A stretch of DNA of 64,000 bases from Camelus dromedarius (GCF_036321535.1 NC_087437.1:60266001-60330000); one strand, 5' to 3'; counted from the stretch's first letter, positions 50,243 to 63,476 are shown. A program made the numbers and translations. Notes: a model not told the origin generated them from the letters alone.

Positions 50243-50400
50243 TTTGTTTTTAATTAAATTTTTTATTTGGAGATCATTATGGATGCATATGCTGTTATAA
50301 GATGTAATACAGAGACAGCCTGTTTACCCCTTCCCCAGTTTCCCTCAATGGTGAGACTTTCAAGGCTATACTATAATCTCACAGTCAGGATATTGACCAC
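50243..50400 (-). mobile_element. L1M 3' end
   Basis: T-rich tail, then 'atgctgttataagatgtaatacagagacagcctgtttaccccttccccagtttccctcaatggt...caggatattgac'. Confidence 0.8.
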
Positions 50401-50419
50401 TCCAACAAAGTCTGTCCTG

Positions 50420-50672
50420 CTTGTGCCTCAATACCCCCTGCCCTTGAGGAGGTACCAGTCTAAAAGAGAATAAGACACAGGCAGAATCAAAAATAGTGCA
50501 AATTTGGGTATAAGATAATCATTTGAGTGGGACCCACCAAATGCCACGGACGACCAGAAGACAAAGAGATCACATCTGCCTGAGGATATCAGGAGAGGCT
50601 TCCCAGGGGAGGTGGCATGGAATTGAGCCTTGAAGGAAGGATAGGAACGCAACAGACAGGTGGGCATTCTTA
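50420..50672 (-). mobile_element. L2 fragment
   Basis: 'ccctgcccttgaggagg...atcaggagaggcttcccaggggaggtggca...gagccttgaaggaaggatagga'. Confidence 0.7.
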
Positions 50673-53600
50673 GTTAATGATCTGCGGCCACCAGGCTCAT
50701 TAAGAGCTAGAAGATAAGTCTCCTTGTGAATGACTTTGTCTTGTTACAGATCTACTGCCTAAACCCAAAGTGCAAAGATATGAATGTAGATGTTTCAAGA
50801 ACTTTGGTAGCTTCTGGGTTGTGGTTTATCCAGTTCCTATTTCCTCCCTAGGGCCCCATGTATTATAGGTACTTAGCTTCTCTTAAATAAATGCCTGAAT
50901 AAAGATGTGAATGAATAGATCTCTGCCCCTGTTGCCCCAGTTCTGCTTTTCTTCCTTCGTAGAAGAGCATGCAAAACCACAGAGGGCAATGGCATTGGTT
51001 TAAATTGGGTGATTGCCTAAAACCCATGTGGTTTTCAAGTGTTGTAGGAAAGCATGAGATGCTGATTAAGGCTGAGGTCACAGGTGCCCCACAAAACCCC
51101 CAGAGGCCAGTTAATTTTTTTTTCTCCTCTGTGGTTACAGGTTCTACACCACATCCAAGGTGTTCAAAGGAATCTCATAGTCCACAATTGGTTATCTTTT
51201 CCTCAAACCTTTGGATAATCACGTCTGCAGAACAAGTTTCTGTACCTAGTTACCTTTGCCTTGCTTAACCCTCCTCACCTCTGGGTTTGTGATGTGAGAG
51301 AAGAATGTGTTTCCTAGAAGCAAAGAATGGCAGAGCTTCGAGGGTGGGGGTGAGAACTTTGAACTCTAGAAATTATCTGACATTACCCCTATTTTAAGAC
51401 TAGAAAATAGAGGCCAGGTGGGGACATGTCCTGCCCAGTGTCGTCCTGTGAGCCACTGAGGGACAGGGATCAGAGCTCCAGCCTCTTGGCTCCTCTTGTG
51501 ATGTTCACTCCAAGGCATCCAGATGTTTCCTCCTGCAACAAAGAAAAAGCCAGCCCTTCTCGAGCCTCCTACTGAAGGCCATGTGCCAAGAGTTTCTAAT
51601 GCTTATGACAACATGGCATAGGAATTAGGTGTACTTGGTTTTCCTTATGTACAGAAGCATAAAAAAGATCAAGGCATTTACAGTTTTGATGATGTTCCCA
51701 AATGCAAGTTCAAATTGCTGAGTTAAACAGCCAGCAATTTTTAGAGGGCTTTCCGGAGTAATTACTCAAGATGGAATTAAACTGTATTTGCCTTTGGCTC
51801 CTTCTCATCCCCTCCCACGGCCTGGAAAGGGGAGGCAGGGAGAACCAACAAAGAAAATCTTGAGAGACTATTACTAATTACAGATTTTTACCTGCCTGAT
51901 GTTCTTTTGCTTTGCACATTAATTAAATCAAGACCAGGTGTCTTGCAGATGGGTTAGCTGCTGGCTATCAGAAGAGATTAATAGATCCCAGCAAATGGGT
52001 AAGGGAAAAGCTCTCAAGTTTTATGGGTCATTGATGCTGCTTCTCTCAGCAGAAATCAAGACTGAGAGAAAGTGGCCTAGTTTATTAGAAAGCCTCAGTT
52101 GCTGCTCACATGTTAACCATCTCCCGAGCCCCGAGAGCAGACAGATCCCCTCTGCCAGCAGATCTGGCCAAGCCATCAGAATTGAAGGAAGTCAGACCTC
52201 AAATTCTCACTCTAAAGGACATTGGTTCAGGTTTGGAGGGTTTTGACCTGGGATCAGAGGCTGCTGATAGGGCCCTGATTGGCAAGACTGAGAGTCAGCG
52301 ACGTGATTGGGAACTAGTCTCTGCCTTCCTATTCTTCCTCTGCTGACAACTTTCCCCGCTGCTGTCCAAGCTGAGAAAAAGGAGATGACAGAACCAGATT
52401 TTAAAAGGTGCTCCAACACAGGTCAGAGCAAGCTCTGCTCCTAAAGTCTAGGGCTCTTGTCCCTACCCCCTGTAAGAAGGACTTTGGATTAAAACACAGA
52501 ATGACACCTCCACCCCTGCCGTATGGATGCTCAGGGTACCTGATTTTATTGGCAAGGCCAGGTCAGGTTTCCTTCTGGAAGACCCAGGATCTGTGCTGAG
52601 GCCAGGATGGAGCAGGGAGGCGGGGAGGCCGGGCAGAAGGAAACAAAGGTCACTTATTACTGACAAAGAACGCATTTGTCCCAGCGTGTAAAGCCCCGAG
52701 CTTTCACACAGTACTGGGCCATTCACTGGAGCCCTGAGCTCACACTAACCAACTAATTGGTTCCAAATGCTCCTCAAAAGTCTGCCTTCCATGGTGCCGA
52801 TTTCTGATTCACTGCCACGGGGACGGATTTCTGGGTGAGACACAGGATGAGCAACCAAGAGCTGGGCAGGGGTCCCCGAGCTCTCCCACGCACCATGGGA
52901 GGCAGGCGCACCCTCTTTGTCTCTGTGACTGAACAAAACATGAGCACACATTGGTTTGTGTAACTTGAATCCCTTTCCGAAGAACCCTGGGCCTCGTCCG
53001 CCCTCCCCCACAGTGAGTTTTAAACCAAAATGTCCTGGCTTCAGAGGCCTGGTGGAAATGACTAAGTCATATTTTGCAGCCAATAGTCATGTTGTGTCAT
53101 TCTTATCCCAGAAACCCTCAAAGCATGTAAGGTAGTGATTTGGTCTGTTCATTCTTTGGTTTTCTGCCCACACTCTTCCCAAGCCCACTCCCCAGATGTC
53201 TCCTAGCCCCATGGTTTCATCTGCAACCTTCTGGTGCCTTCTAAAGGAGAGGGACTCATGGCTTTGAGCTACCTCTTCAAATCGGGCCAGAGAAGAAACC
53301 TACCTGGAGAGGAGGTGGAACAGGCTAGGTGAGTGAGGCAAGGGTAGCAGGTGGGGCATACATGTAAGGAAGGAGGTGCTTTTGTGGCCTTGACAGTGAG
53401 CACCTCCCTAAATTGTGCATCGACCTAGTCCTAGCCTTGGTGTGGAGGGTGTTTCCAACCCTGAAGGAGGCAGTTCACTCCCCTGATGCTTTAAAAAAAA
53501 ATTACTCCAGACCAATTCAATCAAAACCTGTGGATGTGGACCCTGGGCTCACTTATCACAGGTGAGTCTGTCATCCAGCCATGGTCAAGGGTTGCTGGTC

Positions 53601-56204
53601 TGAGGGCTCACATTGGGCCACAAACAACAGATGGATATTCTGCCACTGTCTACTGCAATTTGGCCAGGGCTTGGTTGTTTCAGCACTGACTTGGCTCCTC
53701 CAGGACTTTTTCTGGTCCCTACAAGACCCAAGTCCTGGCTGGACTTTCAGTCAGACTTACAAAGGCTGTTTGATCTTGGCTACAGTGCCAAGCACCCCCA
53801 ATCCCAGCTCCCCACTCACACTTTTAGCTAAGTTCCTTACCAGCCTCTAGGAGCCACAGAGATTCCCAAGCCAAGCTGCATCTCCTTTGATGCGGCCATA
53901 GACATCCCCATGTTGGTGCAGGAAATGTGTTGGTGTTTCTTGCAGACTCTGAAAAGAGGAAAAACATTCTCCTCAACTTAGCAAGCATGTCTCCCCCTCC
54001 CTCCCCTGGCCTGGAACCTAGGGTAGGGAGATAGAGACACATGCCTATCTGACCCCCCTCTGTCTCCCATTCCCCATGATGTGTTGGAAATAAAGGGATG
54101 GGCTCCCTCCTTCCTCTCCCTGCCTCCCAGGGACCACCCACTGATAAAATTCTATGATCAGATCCTCCAGACCTTTAGAAAATCCTCTCTCCTTCCACAC
54201 TTGACTTTTAAGCCTATTGTCATTCTTGGGATTCACAAAAATCTAACTTGACAGTGACACCTCAGCCAAGGCAGAGGCTGCCCTCCCCTGAAGCAGTGAG
54301 GCTCCCTGCTATAGGGAATGGGAGGACAAATTTATAGGCTATAGAAACACTCCTAAAATATTTCAGAAACAACATACTCTCCACATTTTTGTGCCAAGAT
54401 TCAGCATCTTACCTAGAGCCTTGTGATGCCCAGCCTCTTCCTGGGCCTCCACTCACCACTCTCTGAGCATTTGAGGAGGCAGATAGAAGGGACGCATTTT
54501 CCTTCCCAAGTCACACTTCTACAGTGAGACTGGGAGAGAATGAAGTGAATACTGGGGCCCTCAGAGGGCAGGGGGCTGGGTAGAGGGGCCAGAAGGAGAG
54601 AAACAAAAGCTCTGAAGTGGGTCTTGAGTTTCTGCTAATGTACTTAACTCATCGAGTTCCTTAAACCTCTGAGCAGCTCTAATATATTTTAGTGAGAAAT
54701 TTGAAGTCTTTGACTCAGCTCTGAAAACTGAAAAATGCATAATCTATCTCTACCTAACCCTGGTGTATGGTCTGGACTGACTCCAGGGGTGTAGCTTTAC
54801 CTGACTCTGCCCCAACTCCTGGCCCCACCCCGACATTCTGTCCCTGTGTCAGTCCCTCTGCAAACACTCCTGTCACAGGCTGGTGCACAACTCTCTCTCC
54901 AAACAGCTCATCCTGCCTCTCGCTGTCCCCCACCGCGCCCTGCTCTCCTGCCCTCCTGCGCATGACCAAGCAGGGCTACGTGCCAGCCCACAGGCCCCGT
55001 TTTTGTAGCTACACAAACACCACTAAGCCCTCTAGGCCTCTAGAGCTGGGCCTGCCCACCACAGAGGATTAAGAGCCCACAGTGAGTCAGCTACCCAGCT
55101 GGGCTCAAAGCCCCAAACTCCTGGCTGGGCCTCCATCAGCCAGGGCATTCCCTGTCCCCTCTGAGTGTCTCTCCCGTGGCCCCCTGCTCCTCACTCCCCC
55201 AGGCCACAGGTAGGCATCTGCCCCCACACTGGGCTGTCAGAGTCCCAGTGTGTCTCCTTGCCTGCCCTGTTCCAGCTCTGGAGCTATTCGGCCAAATGCC
55301 CTTGGCCTTGATGGTTGGCCGCATCTAGAAGACAGAGAAGCCTGTGGCTTGGTGGCAATAGTAGCATTCCGGAAGACTGGGGTGTGGGGCGTGCATGCCT
55401 CCTCTCCTTGGCTGTGACCCCATGGGTTCTAGTAGGGAGCACTCAACAGCTGCCAAGACTCCCCTGCAGGCCCTCAGTGCCTACACCCTCCCTGAATCAC
55501 AGCTACTGTACACTGTGCTGAGTCACCGCCAGGAGTCTGGGGAGAAAATATAGGCCTATTTTTAAAAGATCTGCTTGCGTACCTAGGCTCTTACAAAAGG
55601 CTTGATAATTATTGCCAAAAATAGGTATTAGTTCAGGATCTCCAGTGCTGAGGCAGGCAGCTCTTTGATGGGGAGACCCGGACACCGCATGTGCAGTCTG
55701 CACGTCACCACGGGAGAGGGCTGGATTTCAGTGTGTAGGGCACCCCAAGCCACCAAGGGAGAATGTCATGGACCCCACCTTTGCTTCTTAAGGGGAAGAA
55801 TGGGAAGCACAGAAGTCCTAGCACCTACTTCGAAGAACAGAGATTGCATCTTTGTGCCAACTGTTCTCTGAGTCACTTAATGTCATTCCCATTCATGGGA
55901 AGAGAGAAATCTGGTGCACACAACTAACCAGTTTGAATTTCCAACTTCTGGGCAATCCAGGAATTGTTACGCTTCCATAAACAAGTCCCTAAAGCTCTCG
56001 CTTTTCTGGTGGGGTATGCCCTCTTCCTAACCTGCCAGTCACTCAGTGAGCCTTTAGTGGGCTATGGACTATCAGCCTCGGAGCTGCCGCTCCTTAGAGA
56101 TCATTTCCTCCAACCCCTCACTTACTCACAAGCAAATCAAGACTCAGAGCAGGGACCGGACTTGTCCAGGTCACAGAGATAAAAACCAGGTGGTCAGCCT
56201 TGGG

Positions 56205-56650
56205 GTTAGCCCTGTGGAGAGGACAATGTATAAGACACAGCCTCTGCCCTCAAGGCATCCCAGATTATCAGGGGAAGCAGTTATTTGCTCAGAGACCAAT
56301 GACACAAGGTGGTATGTAATTAGATTCATAAAAAGTTGACGTGAAGTATGGGAGAGCAAAGATGCAGGATCACTCCTGCAGCAGGAATCAGGAAAGATAC
56401 CGTAAGGAGGAGTATTCGAGTTGACCTTCCAGAGATGGGTTGGATTTGGACACTCAGGAGTAGAAGGGGCATAGGGGTATACAGATGAAGAAAACAGCTT
56501 GAGATGAGCCATGAGGATGGGGTGCCCAAGGAATCTAGGCCAGTTTGGCTGTTGTATAGGATGCTAAAACCAAATGGGCGAGGGGCAGGTTGGGGGAGGG
56601 TCAGATGATTGAAGGTCTGGACCACCAGAGTGAGGAATTTGAACTTTATT
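56205..56650 (-). mobile_element. L2 fragment
   Basis: 'taagacacagcctctgccctcaagg...ggaatcaggaaaga...tttggctg...ggtcagatgattgaaggtctggaccaccagagtgaggaatttgaactttat'. Confidence 0.75.
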
Positions 56651-57699
56651 ATCATTGTTATCATCCAAAAGCACCGGGTGGCAACGTGCCAAGCATTTTA
56701 CTGAGCAATGTTAATCGTGTAATGCATAGTCTGCACTTTCTAGGAGCTTGGAATTCAAGACAGAGAATGAAATTATGGATGGATAGTGAAGGCACATATT
56801 AAACATATACATAAATCAAAAACTATTTAACACATAAGTATTTAAGTGCAAGTAAAGGAGTAAGTGCATTTAATGAACTGGTGAGGGAAGAAAGCATCGG
56901 GGGATTTATTCCTGGAAGGTCTCCCTCTGTCCTCAGCCTTCCCTGTGCTCTACGACCCTGGGAAAGGCCCAGAAGAACCAAAATCAGTCTTAATACCACA
57001 TTGGCTTTGTGGTGGTTTTGTTTTCCAGTTGGCTGATTTCTGATATGGAATGATTCCTTGAGCTTCCCACTCATTCTTGTTGATTGAGCCAGTTCTCTTC
57101 TACATCAAGTCCTGAGCTCATAGCACACAGGAGACACAGCTTAGAAAAGGCAGAGGATACGGATCAGGGCCACTGAGTACGGTGGTGCATGTTAACCACT
57201 GCACAAAAGGGCGCAAGTGGGAGCTAAAATCCAGACTTCCTTCTCTTGTCAAGTCAGAAGACTGTGGGGCTGTGTCCTCCTGGAGCAAGGAGTGCCTTTT
57301 TCTAATCCACACAAATGTGTTTTATGGGCTTGTGGCTCTGACAGGGATTTGGCCAAACAGCTTCTCTAGATAATCCTTTCCAGCCTTATTCCCCGCCCCC
57401 TACCTCCCACCATGGTACATGAAAACACTTCCAGCTGGATACCCTGGGCCAGGTGCCAGCACGGAGATGGCTCTCAGCCACCCAGCTCTCCAGCCTGGAC
57501 CCCTAGCTCATTTTGTGCCCTATGAGGCTGGAGATCTGGAAAAGGGCAGAAGAAAATCTTTGTTCAAATATACCAAAGACCAAGAAGAACCCACACTCAT
57601 GCTCTAAGCACCTCCTGGGTCAAGTCTTGTCCTCAAACTGTTAAACAGACCCCTGACTTTCCTGGTGCACTTGGCAAACACAGCACTTGACACTTCATA

Positions 57700-57960
57700 T
57701 GTTGTAAGAGTTGGAAGCACCACAGAGTCCCTAGTCAGCAGAAATCACTCCCCACTCCTTACCCCCACCGCACACACCGTCTCTGACAGAGGCCACCCGG
57801 CCTCTCTCCATCTGAGCATCTCAAATGACTTAGAGCTCACCAGCCCCAGATAGCCGGGTCTCATTGCGAGAGAGCCCTGGCTGCCTTAGCAGTCTTTTCT
57901 TCTTGTTTGTTGCAATTTGACCCCTTTAACTTCCACTCTTAGCTCTGGTTCTCCCCCTCG
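57700..57960 (-). mobile_element. L3/CR1 or MIR3 3' fragment
   Basis: 'agagttggaagcacc...gagctcaccagccc...ctcattgcgagagagccctggctg...ttccactcttagctctggttct'. Confidence 0.5.
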
Positions 57961-58524
57961 TTGCTGCCATACAGATTTGTAGGTAAGAAGAATAGAAAGA
58001 GAAACAAATGACACCCCTCCACAGAACAAACAAGAAATTCCTTTTACCCCTCACTCTGGTGCCCCTGCACCAGGAAGTCAAACCCCCTCAGAAGCAACTG
58101 TGCGTACTCCCAGCCACAACTTTGCCTCAGGCTGGAAGTTTTCTGCGTGGTTCTAGGACTATCTAACCCCCTGAGGAATGATGAGCAAGACCTCTCCTAC
58201 CACTTTGGCTTTTCCTTTGTAGAGGAAAATAAAGGATGGGGGATAGGATGCTGGCAGGGGCTGGACAGTGTCTCACCATAAAAGCAGCCAAGCAGAGTAG
58301 AAAGTGCCTCTGGTTTTTGAATCCTGAAGATCCAGGTTGAATCATGGCTCGGGCACTATTCATCTGAAAAAGCTATGCATCTCTCCAATTCCCACTTTCT
58401 TTGCCTGTGGGAAAAAGGGGATTGCTTCTCTCTTGTATTGTGGGGGGAGTGCAATATGATAATGAGCAAGGAAGCTTTGCCAACTAAAATACAATGGAAA
58501 CAGAAAATAAGACTGCTAGTATTT

Positions 58525-58590
58525 TTTTACTTTTTATTAAAAAAATTTTTTTATTGAAGTACAGTCAGTTACAATGTGTCAATTTCTGGT
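58525..58590 (-). mobile_element. Very short 3' stub of a young artiodactyl/camelid-type L1
   Basis: 'ttttttattgaagtacagtcagttacaatgtgtcaatttctggt' is the reverse complement of the L1 3' terminus plus A tail. Confidence 0.75.
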
Positions 58591-59899
58591 ATTGATGAGG
58601 GCTTGAGCCAGCCTGCTGACAAAGCTACATGCTGTGCCAGCTCTCAGACTGGTCCCCGGGTCCCTAGGGTGCATTTGACCCAGCTGTAACAGTACACCAA
58701 GGTCCTGCATGGGCCTCCTTCCCGTTTGGTGAACTGACTGCACTGGCTGCTTCAAATGCCCTGAGGCCAGGCACAGAAGGCAATTATCTTGCACGATTAC
58801 CTGGGCCCAGTTTCCTAATCCACAGATGTGCTTTGATTTTTCTGATGAGTTGGTTTGTATTGCAACTTCTACTTCGAGATCCCAGGGTCAAAGGGTGTCA
58901 CCATCGTTTCTAACAGGCAGATGGTAGCTCATCTCCTGGAGCCTCGGGGCAATGCCTTGTGCCCTTGTCAGGGTTTGGGTCTGGCCAGCAAGAGAGCCAA
59001 CCACCTGAAGAAGGGTCCCAGGGACAAAGACAAGCTCCCAAAGAGTCTGGGCCTTAGGAGCCAGCGATCCCCGTGAGGGCAGGAGAGCAGGGGTTGGGAA
59101 GGAGAAGCCTCAGTAGTGCTTGGAGCACAAAGGGGAACAGGCTGGGGTTAGGGGAACACAGGACAGGTCAGGGAGTGAGAACTTGGAAGGAGTGAGGGAG
59201 AGGCTCTGGGAACAGAGATCCAAAATGATCTCTTAGCATCTTAGGTGTTTCAGGGTGAATCCCCTGCCCAGACCCCCCACCTTTGGGGCCCTCCAGGAGG
59301 TACCACACCTGAACCAGCCAGGATATCCTAGGTGATGCATGTGGCCCCATGGTGTTGGGAAATGGGGAGATTCTGCAATGGCCGACTTCAATTACTAAAT
59401 CCTCTCTGCTTAAGAGGAGCCATTCCCCCAGCAGACTGGAAAGCATTTTTGTCTTTGTGGGCATGTGCATGTCCGAGGGGGAGGGGTTTGCTCAGGAAGT
59501 GGACAGGCTGCTCCCCACATTGCTGAGATGACAACAGAGGCCTGCAACCGCAGCCAGGGTCAGCCCCTGCGGGCTCCTAACTGATGAATGGATACCCAGG
59601 TGTGCAGGCGGGCACTCCTCTCCCTCAGCTATCAGCCCTGGCCCCTGGGGCCATAGGTCCTCCCTGAGCCCCAGAACTTGCCTGCAGCCCCAGCTCATGG
59701 AGTAAAGAGCTGGCCCTGTAAACCACAGCCCAGCTGTCCCTGTAAGTCCGCCCAGCCCACTTCTGAAGCGATTCCTCTGAACCTGACACTCAGCTGGCAG
59801 CTGAGAACTAAGAAACCACTTCAGTAGCAAGACTCCTGCGTGCAAAGTGCACACATCTCCCCAGGAGCCCACTGGTCCTGCTTACCCCCAAGGCCCGCT

Positions 59900-60220
59900 T
59901 CTCTCTTCAGCCTCATCTCCCTCCCAACCGTGATTCTGTCCTTCCCCGTCTGTCTCTTGTCTCTGGCTATTGCTCCCTCTCCATCCCTCTGCAAGCCTTT
60001 CTCTGTGTCTTTCTCCACATGGCTGTCTCTCCTTTTCCTATCTCTCCCTCTGTGTGTCTCTCTGTTTCTCTCTGTCTCACTGTGTTTATCTCTTTCTCTC
60101 TCTGCCTCTCATACCTCTTTGTCTGTCTTTGTGTCTCCCTTTCAGTCTTTGTCTCTTTGATCCTCAGTCTTCCTCAGCCTCTCTCTGATCAGCTTTCACT
60201 GTTTCTGTCTCTCTTTCATC
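59900..60220 (+). repeat. Degenerate (CT/CTGT)n pyrimidine-rich low-complexity tract
   Basis: About 320 bp dominated by C/T with scattered G. Confidence 0.9.
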
Positions 60221-60884
60221 CTTGAATAAAGGTGCCCGGACAGTACCTCCAGCAGGACCAAGGCCTTTCCAGGGGCTCCACAGAACAGAGCAAAGTGGAC
60301 ACTGGGCCAGGCTCATGTGTCAGGTCGGCACAGCGGTTTTGCTGAAACTTGTTGTCTGGCCACGTGAAGCCAGTGTCCGGGAGAAAAGCATGGTGCAGGG
60401 GTCATTGTGGGCATGCAAAGCAGGCTCCGTCCATGCTCACTTAATAAGCAACAGTACTGTGTCTCCTCTCACCCTAGGAGATGCGGAAAGGCGATTACAT
60501 GCTGTGTCAGCAAATCTATGAAGCCCTGTGTCTCCCTCCCAGGAGTCAGTGTTCTCATTCTTCGTATCCTTTGGTTCTTCCAAGTGGCAGGAAAGACCTT
60601 TCGAAAGCAGTGTCTGAACAAAATGCCAGCTGGAAAACCACAGGTTCCTGCTTTCTCTAAGTGAGTGGGAGGGAGTGGAGTTGGGCTGAGGGAGAGATAA
60701 AGAATTAAGGCTATAATAGGTATAGCAATGCAGAGCCCCACAACCTCAAAGCTGTTGAAAGGTCACCTGGGCCCATCACTTCTGACTGTACACACCTGTG
60801 GCCAAGTCACCCCACCCCACAAAAAATAGCCACCCTGCAAACAATGTATGATTCAGAGGAACAACAAAGGCCATTTCTCTTGTG

Positions 60885-61090
60885 TCGTGGTACTTTCAGC
60901 CACTCTTTGTATATTATCTTGCTCAGTCCTACCAAAAGTCCTAGGTAAGTAGTCATCTCTCCATTTTACAAATGGAGAAACTGAGGCTCAGAGAGGTTAA
61001 GTAACTTGCCTAAAGTTATACAACAGCTGAGTAGAACAGCTGAGATTAGAACCTAGGACTGTCAGACTCCAAGCTGCATATTTGCCCCAT
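60885..61090 (-). mobile_element. MIR SINE
   Basis: Core 'ctccattttacaaatggagaaactgaggctcagagaggttaagtaacttgcctaaagt'. Confidence 0.92.
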
Positions 61091-62067
61091 TGTTAACCAA
61101 AGACCAATTTTTAGTCAAATAGAGCTGGTTCTTTTCATATTAGAGTGTCCTCTCTGTGTGTGGATCAGAACATAGAAACATTTGGATGCAATTAGCATTA
61201 GGTCAAGCTGACCTCTCCTCCCCGCCTTCCAGGCAGCCGGTGGCTTCTGGGCATGTCCGGGAGCAGTGCTGTTCCAATGAGTCCAGGCAGCAAAGGCCCA
61301 CAGTGATGTCTGCGGAGCTTCAGGAAATACTCCACTTGCTGCACCTTCATCCTAACCAGTGGTCAAAACAAAAACAAAAAACAGATATTAAAAGCTTAAG
61401 AAAAAATGTATGGAAGAAAAATTCACAGTTGATAAAATTCTAGTATTTTTTTCTTTTCTTTGAATTCAGATAAAACTGACCTTTATTTTCATTATTGTGG
61501 CAGAATACTTTTTCCACTAGATTTGACCCCAAGGTCTCAGAAGGGAAGGAAGGGCTCCCTGGAGACTTCCTCCCTAATGTAGCTCCTCCACCCATCAGCA
61601 GTGACTAGGAGGCCTGCATGTGCCTGACAGCTCTCAGGTCAGAGAGAACTTCAGAAACAAAAAGATTAAATAAAAAAAAAAGACATTTGGTGGATCTGTC
61701 TGTAGACTCCAGGTTACTTCCTTCAGTGGAGAGAAGAGTCCCATTCACAGCCATTGTTTCTGCAAACAAGAGGGGAGAAAAGAGTGGCTTGCAAGGAAGC
61801 CAGGGAGCCTAACATGCCGTACACACTCAGGGTTATTTAAACCTGCTGAGGCTCTTGGAGTTAATCTCTCCCTGCAGTGACCTCACGGGGACAAAATATG
61901 TGTGTCTGGTGCCAGGATGAGGCTGTGCCTTCATGCAAAAAAATTTATGAGGTTTAAAAGAACTCACTAACTCTGATAATACAACAGTGACCCAAAGAAT
62001 ACACACCCAAACTGGATTTGGGCCCAATCGTCACTTTGTCGGTCTTTATTTGACATAAACTTGATTC

Positions 62068-62260
62068 CATTTCATTCCACAAATACTTCCTGAGTTCCTA
62101 CTGTGTGCCAGTGCTGAACTAAACACAGAGCTCTGACCCAAAAGAGCTCATTAACTCTAGGCAGGGAGATCATATAGGTACTCAAAGGAGGGTCATTCAA
62201 CAGTCAACAAGTATTTTTTGAGGGCCTACTAAATGCCAGGCATTCAGAATTAGGAATTCC
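62068..62260 (-). mobile_element. L2 3' tail fragments (two)
   Basis: 'ttcattccacaaatacttcctgagttcctactgtgtgccag' and 'cattcaacagtcaacaagtatttttgagggcctactaaatgccaggca'-type tails. Confidence 0.7.
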
Positions 62261-62310
62261 TAAAAAGGCTTTTGGGAGGAAGTCTGAAGGCAAATTTGAC
62301 TCTTTTTTAT

Positions 62311-62436
62311 CTCTCTTTTTTTTAATATGCAAGGAAATTTATTTATTCATTTATTTAATGGAGGTACTGGGGATTGAGCCCAGGACCTCGTGCATGCTAA
62401 GCACACACCCTGCCACTGAGCTATTTCCCTCCTTCC
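62311..62436 (-). mobile_element. Camelid-type tRNA-derived SINE
   Basis: Reverse complement reads 'ggagggaaatagctcagtggcagggtgtgtgcttagcatgcacgaggtcctgggctcaatccccagtacctccattaaataaatgaataaat'; probable TSD ttgactctttttt (62296) / ttaactccttttt (62437). Confidence 0.88.
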
Positions 62437-62789
62437 TTAACTCCTTTTTTTTGATGAAATAAACCACACTTGATTTAATTTCATGGACAAGTCCCTATTA
62501 TTTAGGGACTTAAAAATAATGTTTATGCTTTTTCTTTTTAATTTTTAATGTCTTTCCTGCTGGGCTGTAAGCTTCATTGGGCTGGGCTACAGACATACAT
62601 TGTACACAGTGTGTCTCCAATGCTGAGACAGTGTCTGGTCTACTGAGTAGTCAAGAAAATCATGAACCTGGGGAAGCACCTGGGCTGTAGAGGAGGATAT
62701 GAGATGGAGAAGGGTTGAGGAACAGAGGGCCTGCTTGCAAATTATTCTGCAAGACAGAGCGAGAGATGTTTTCTAGGAGAAATAGCAAG

Positions 62790-62827
62790 TCTCTCTCTTT
62801 CTCTGTCTCTCTCACACACATATGCAT

Positions 62828-62876
<49 letters not shown>
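62790..62876. repeat. (CT)n-(CA)n compound microsatellite
   Basis: Direct read; alternating purine/pyrimidine over 62813-62876. Confidence 0.95.
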
Positions 62877-62881
<5 letters not shown>

Positions 62882-63019
62882 AATTAAGGGCGTAGGATGA
62901 ATGGTGGGCTTCAAACTCCCAGGGCTCACTGAACTGGCCATAGTTTTCAAGCTTCGAACCATCAAAGGGCAGATACCTTGACTGGCTCTCTTGATGCCCA
63001 CTTTAAGCTCTTTTTCTTG

Positions 63020-63245
63020 CCACCTCTACCATAGAATCTGGAAAGCTAACTTTCCAGCCTCCTTGGCAGCTAAGGATGGTCACAAGAGATGGTCATCCCT
63101 AGCTGAATGAGATGAGACCAGTGAGATGTTGGCAGAAGTCCTCTGGAGAACTTCCCTTTGAGAATATAAAAGCAAATATCACAAGGAGAAAGTGTTTGCC
63201 TTTTTGTCCTTCATATGGCCGCTCCTTCCTGCCTGGAATGAGGAC
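63020..63245 (+). mobile_element. MLT1 LTR 5' fragment
   Basis: 'aactttccagcctccttggcagctaaggatggtcaca...ccttcctgcctggaatgaggac'. Confidence 0.65.
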
Positions 63246-63304
63246 TCTTTACCACCTGCCCATGACATCTCCTCCCAGTCTCTTTGATGAAGTCATTCTC
63301 AAAG

Positions 63305-63476
63305 GATGCTTCCCAGACCTGCAGCATCAGCATCCCATGAGAACTTGTTAGACATGCAGATCCTCAATCCCCACCCTAGACTTACAGCATCAGAAATCTA
63401 GGGGGTGGGGCCAGCACTCTGTTTCAACAAGCCCTAAAGGGGACTCAAATGTATGTTAAGGCTTGAGAACCCCTCT
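63305..63476. mobile_element. MER5A-like MITE
   Basis: 'gcagcatcagcatcccatgagaacttgttagacatgcagat...atcagaaatctagggggtggggccagca...tttcaacaagccct...ttgagaaccc'. Confidence 0.85.
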
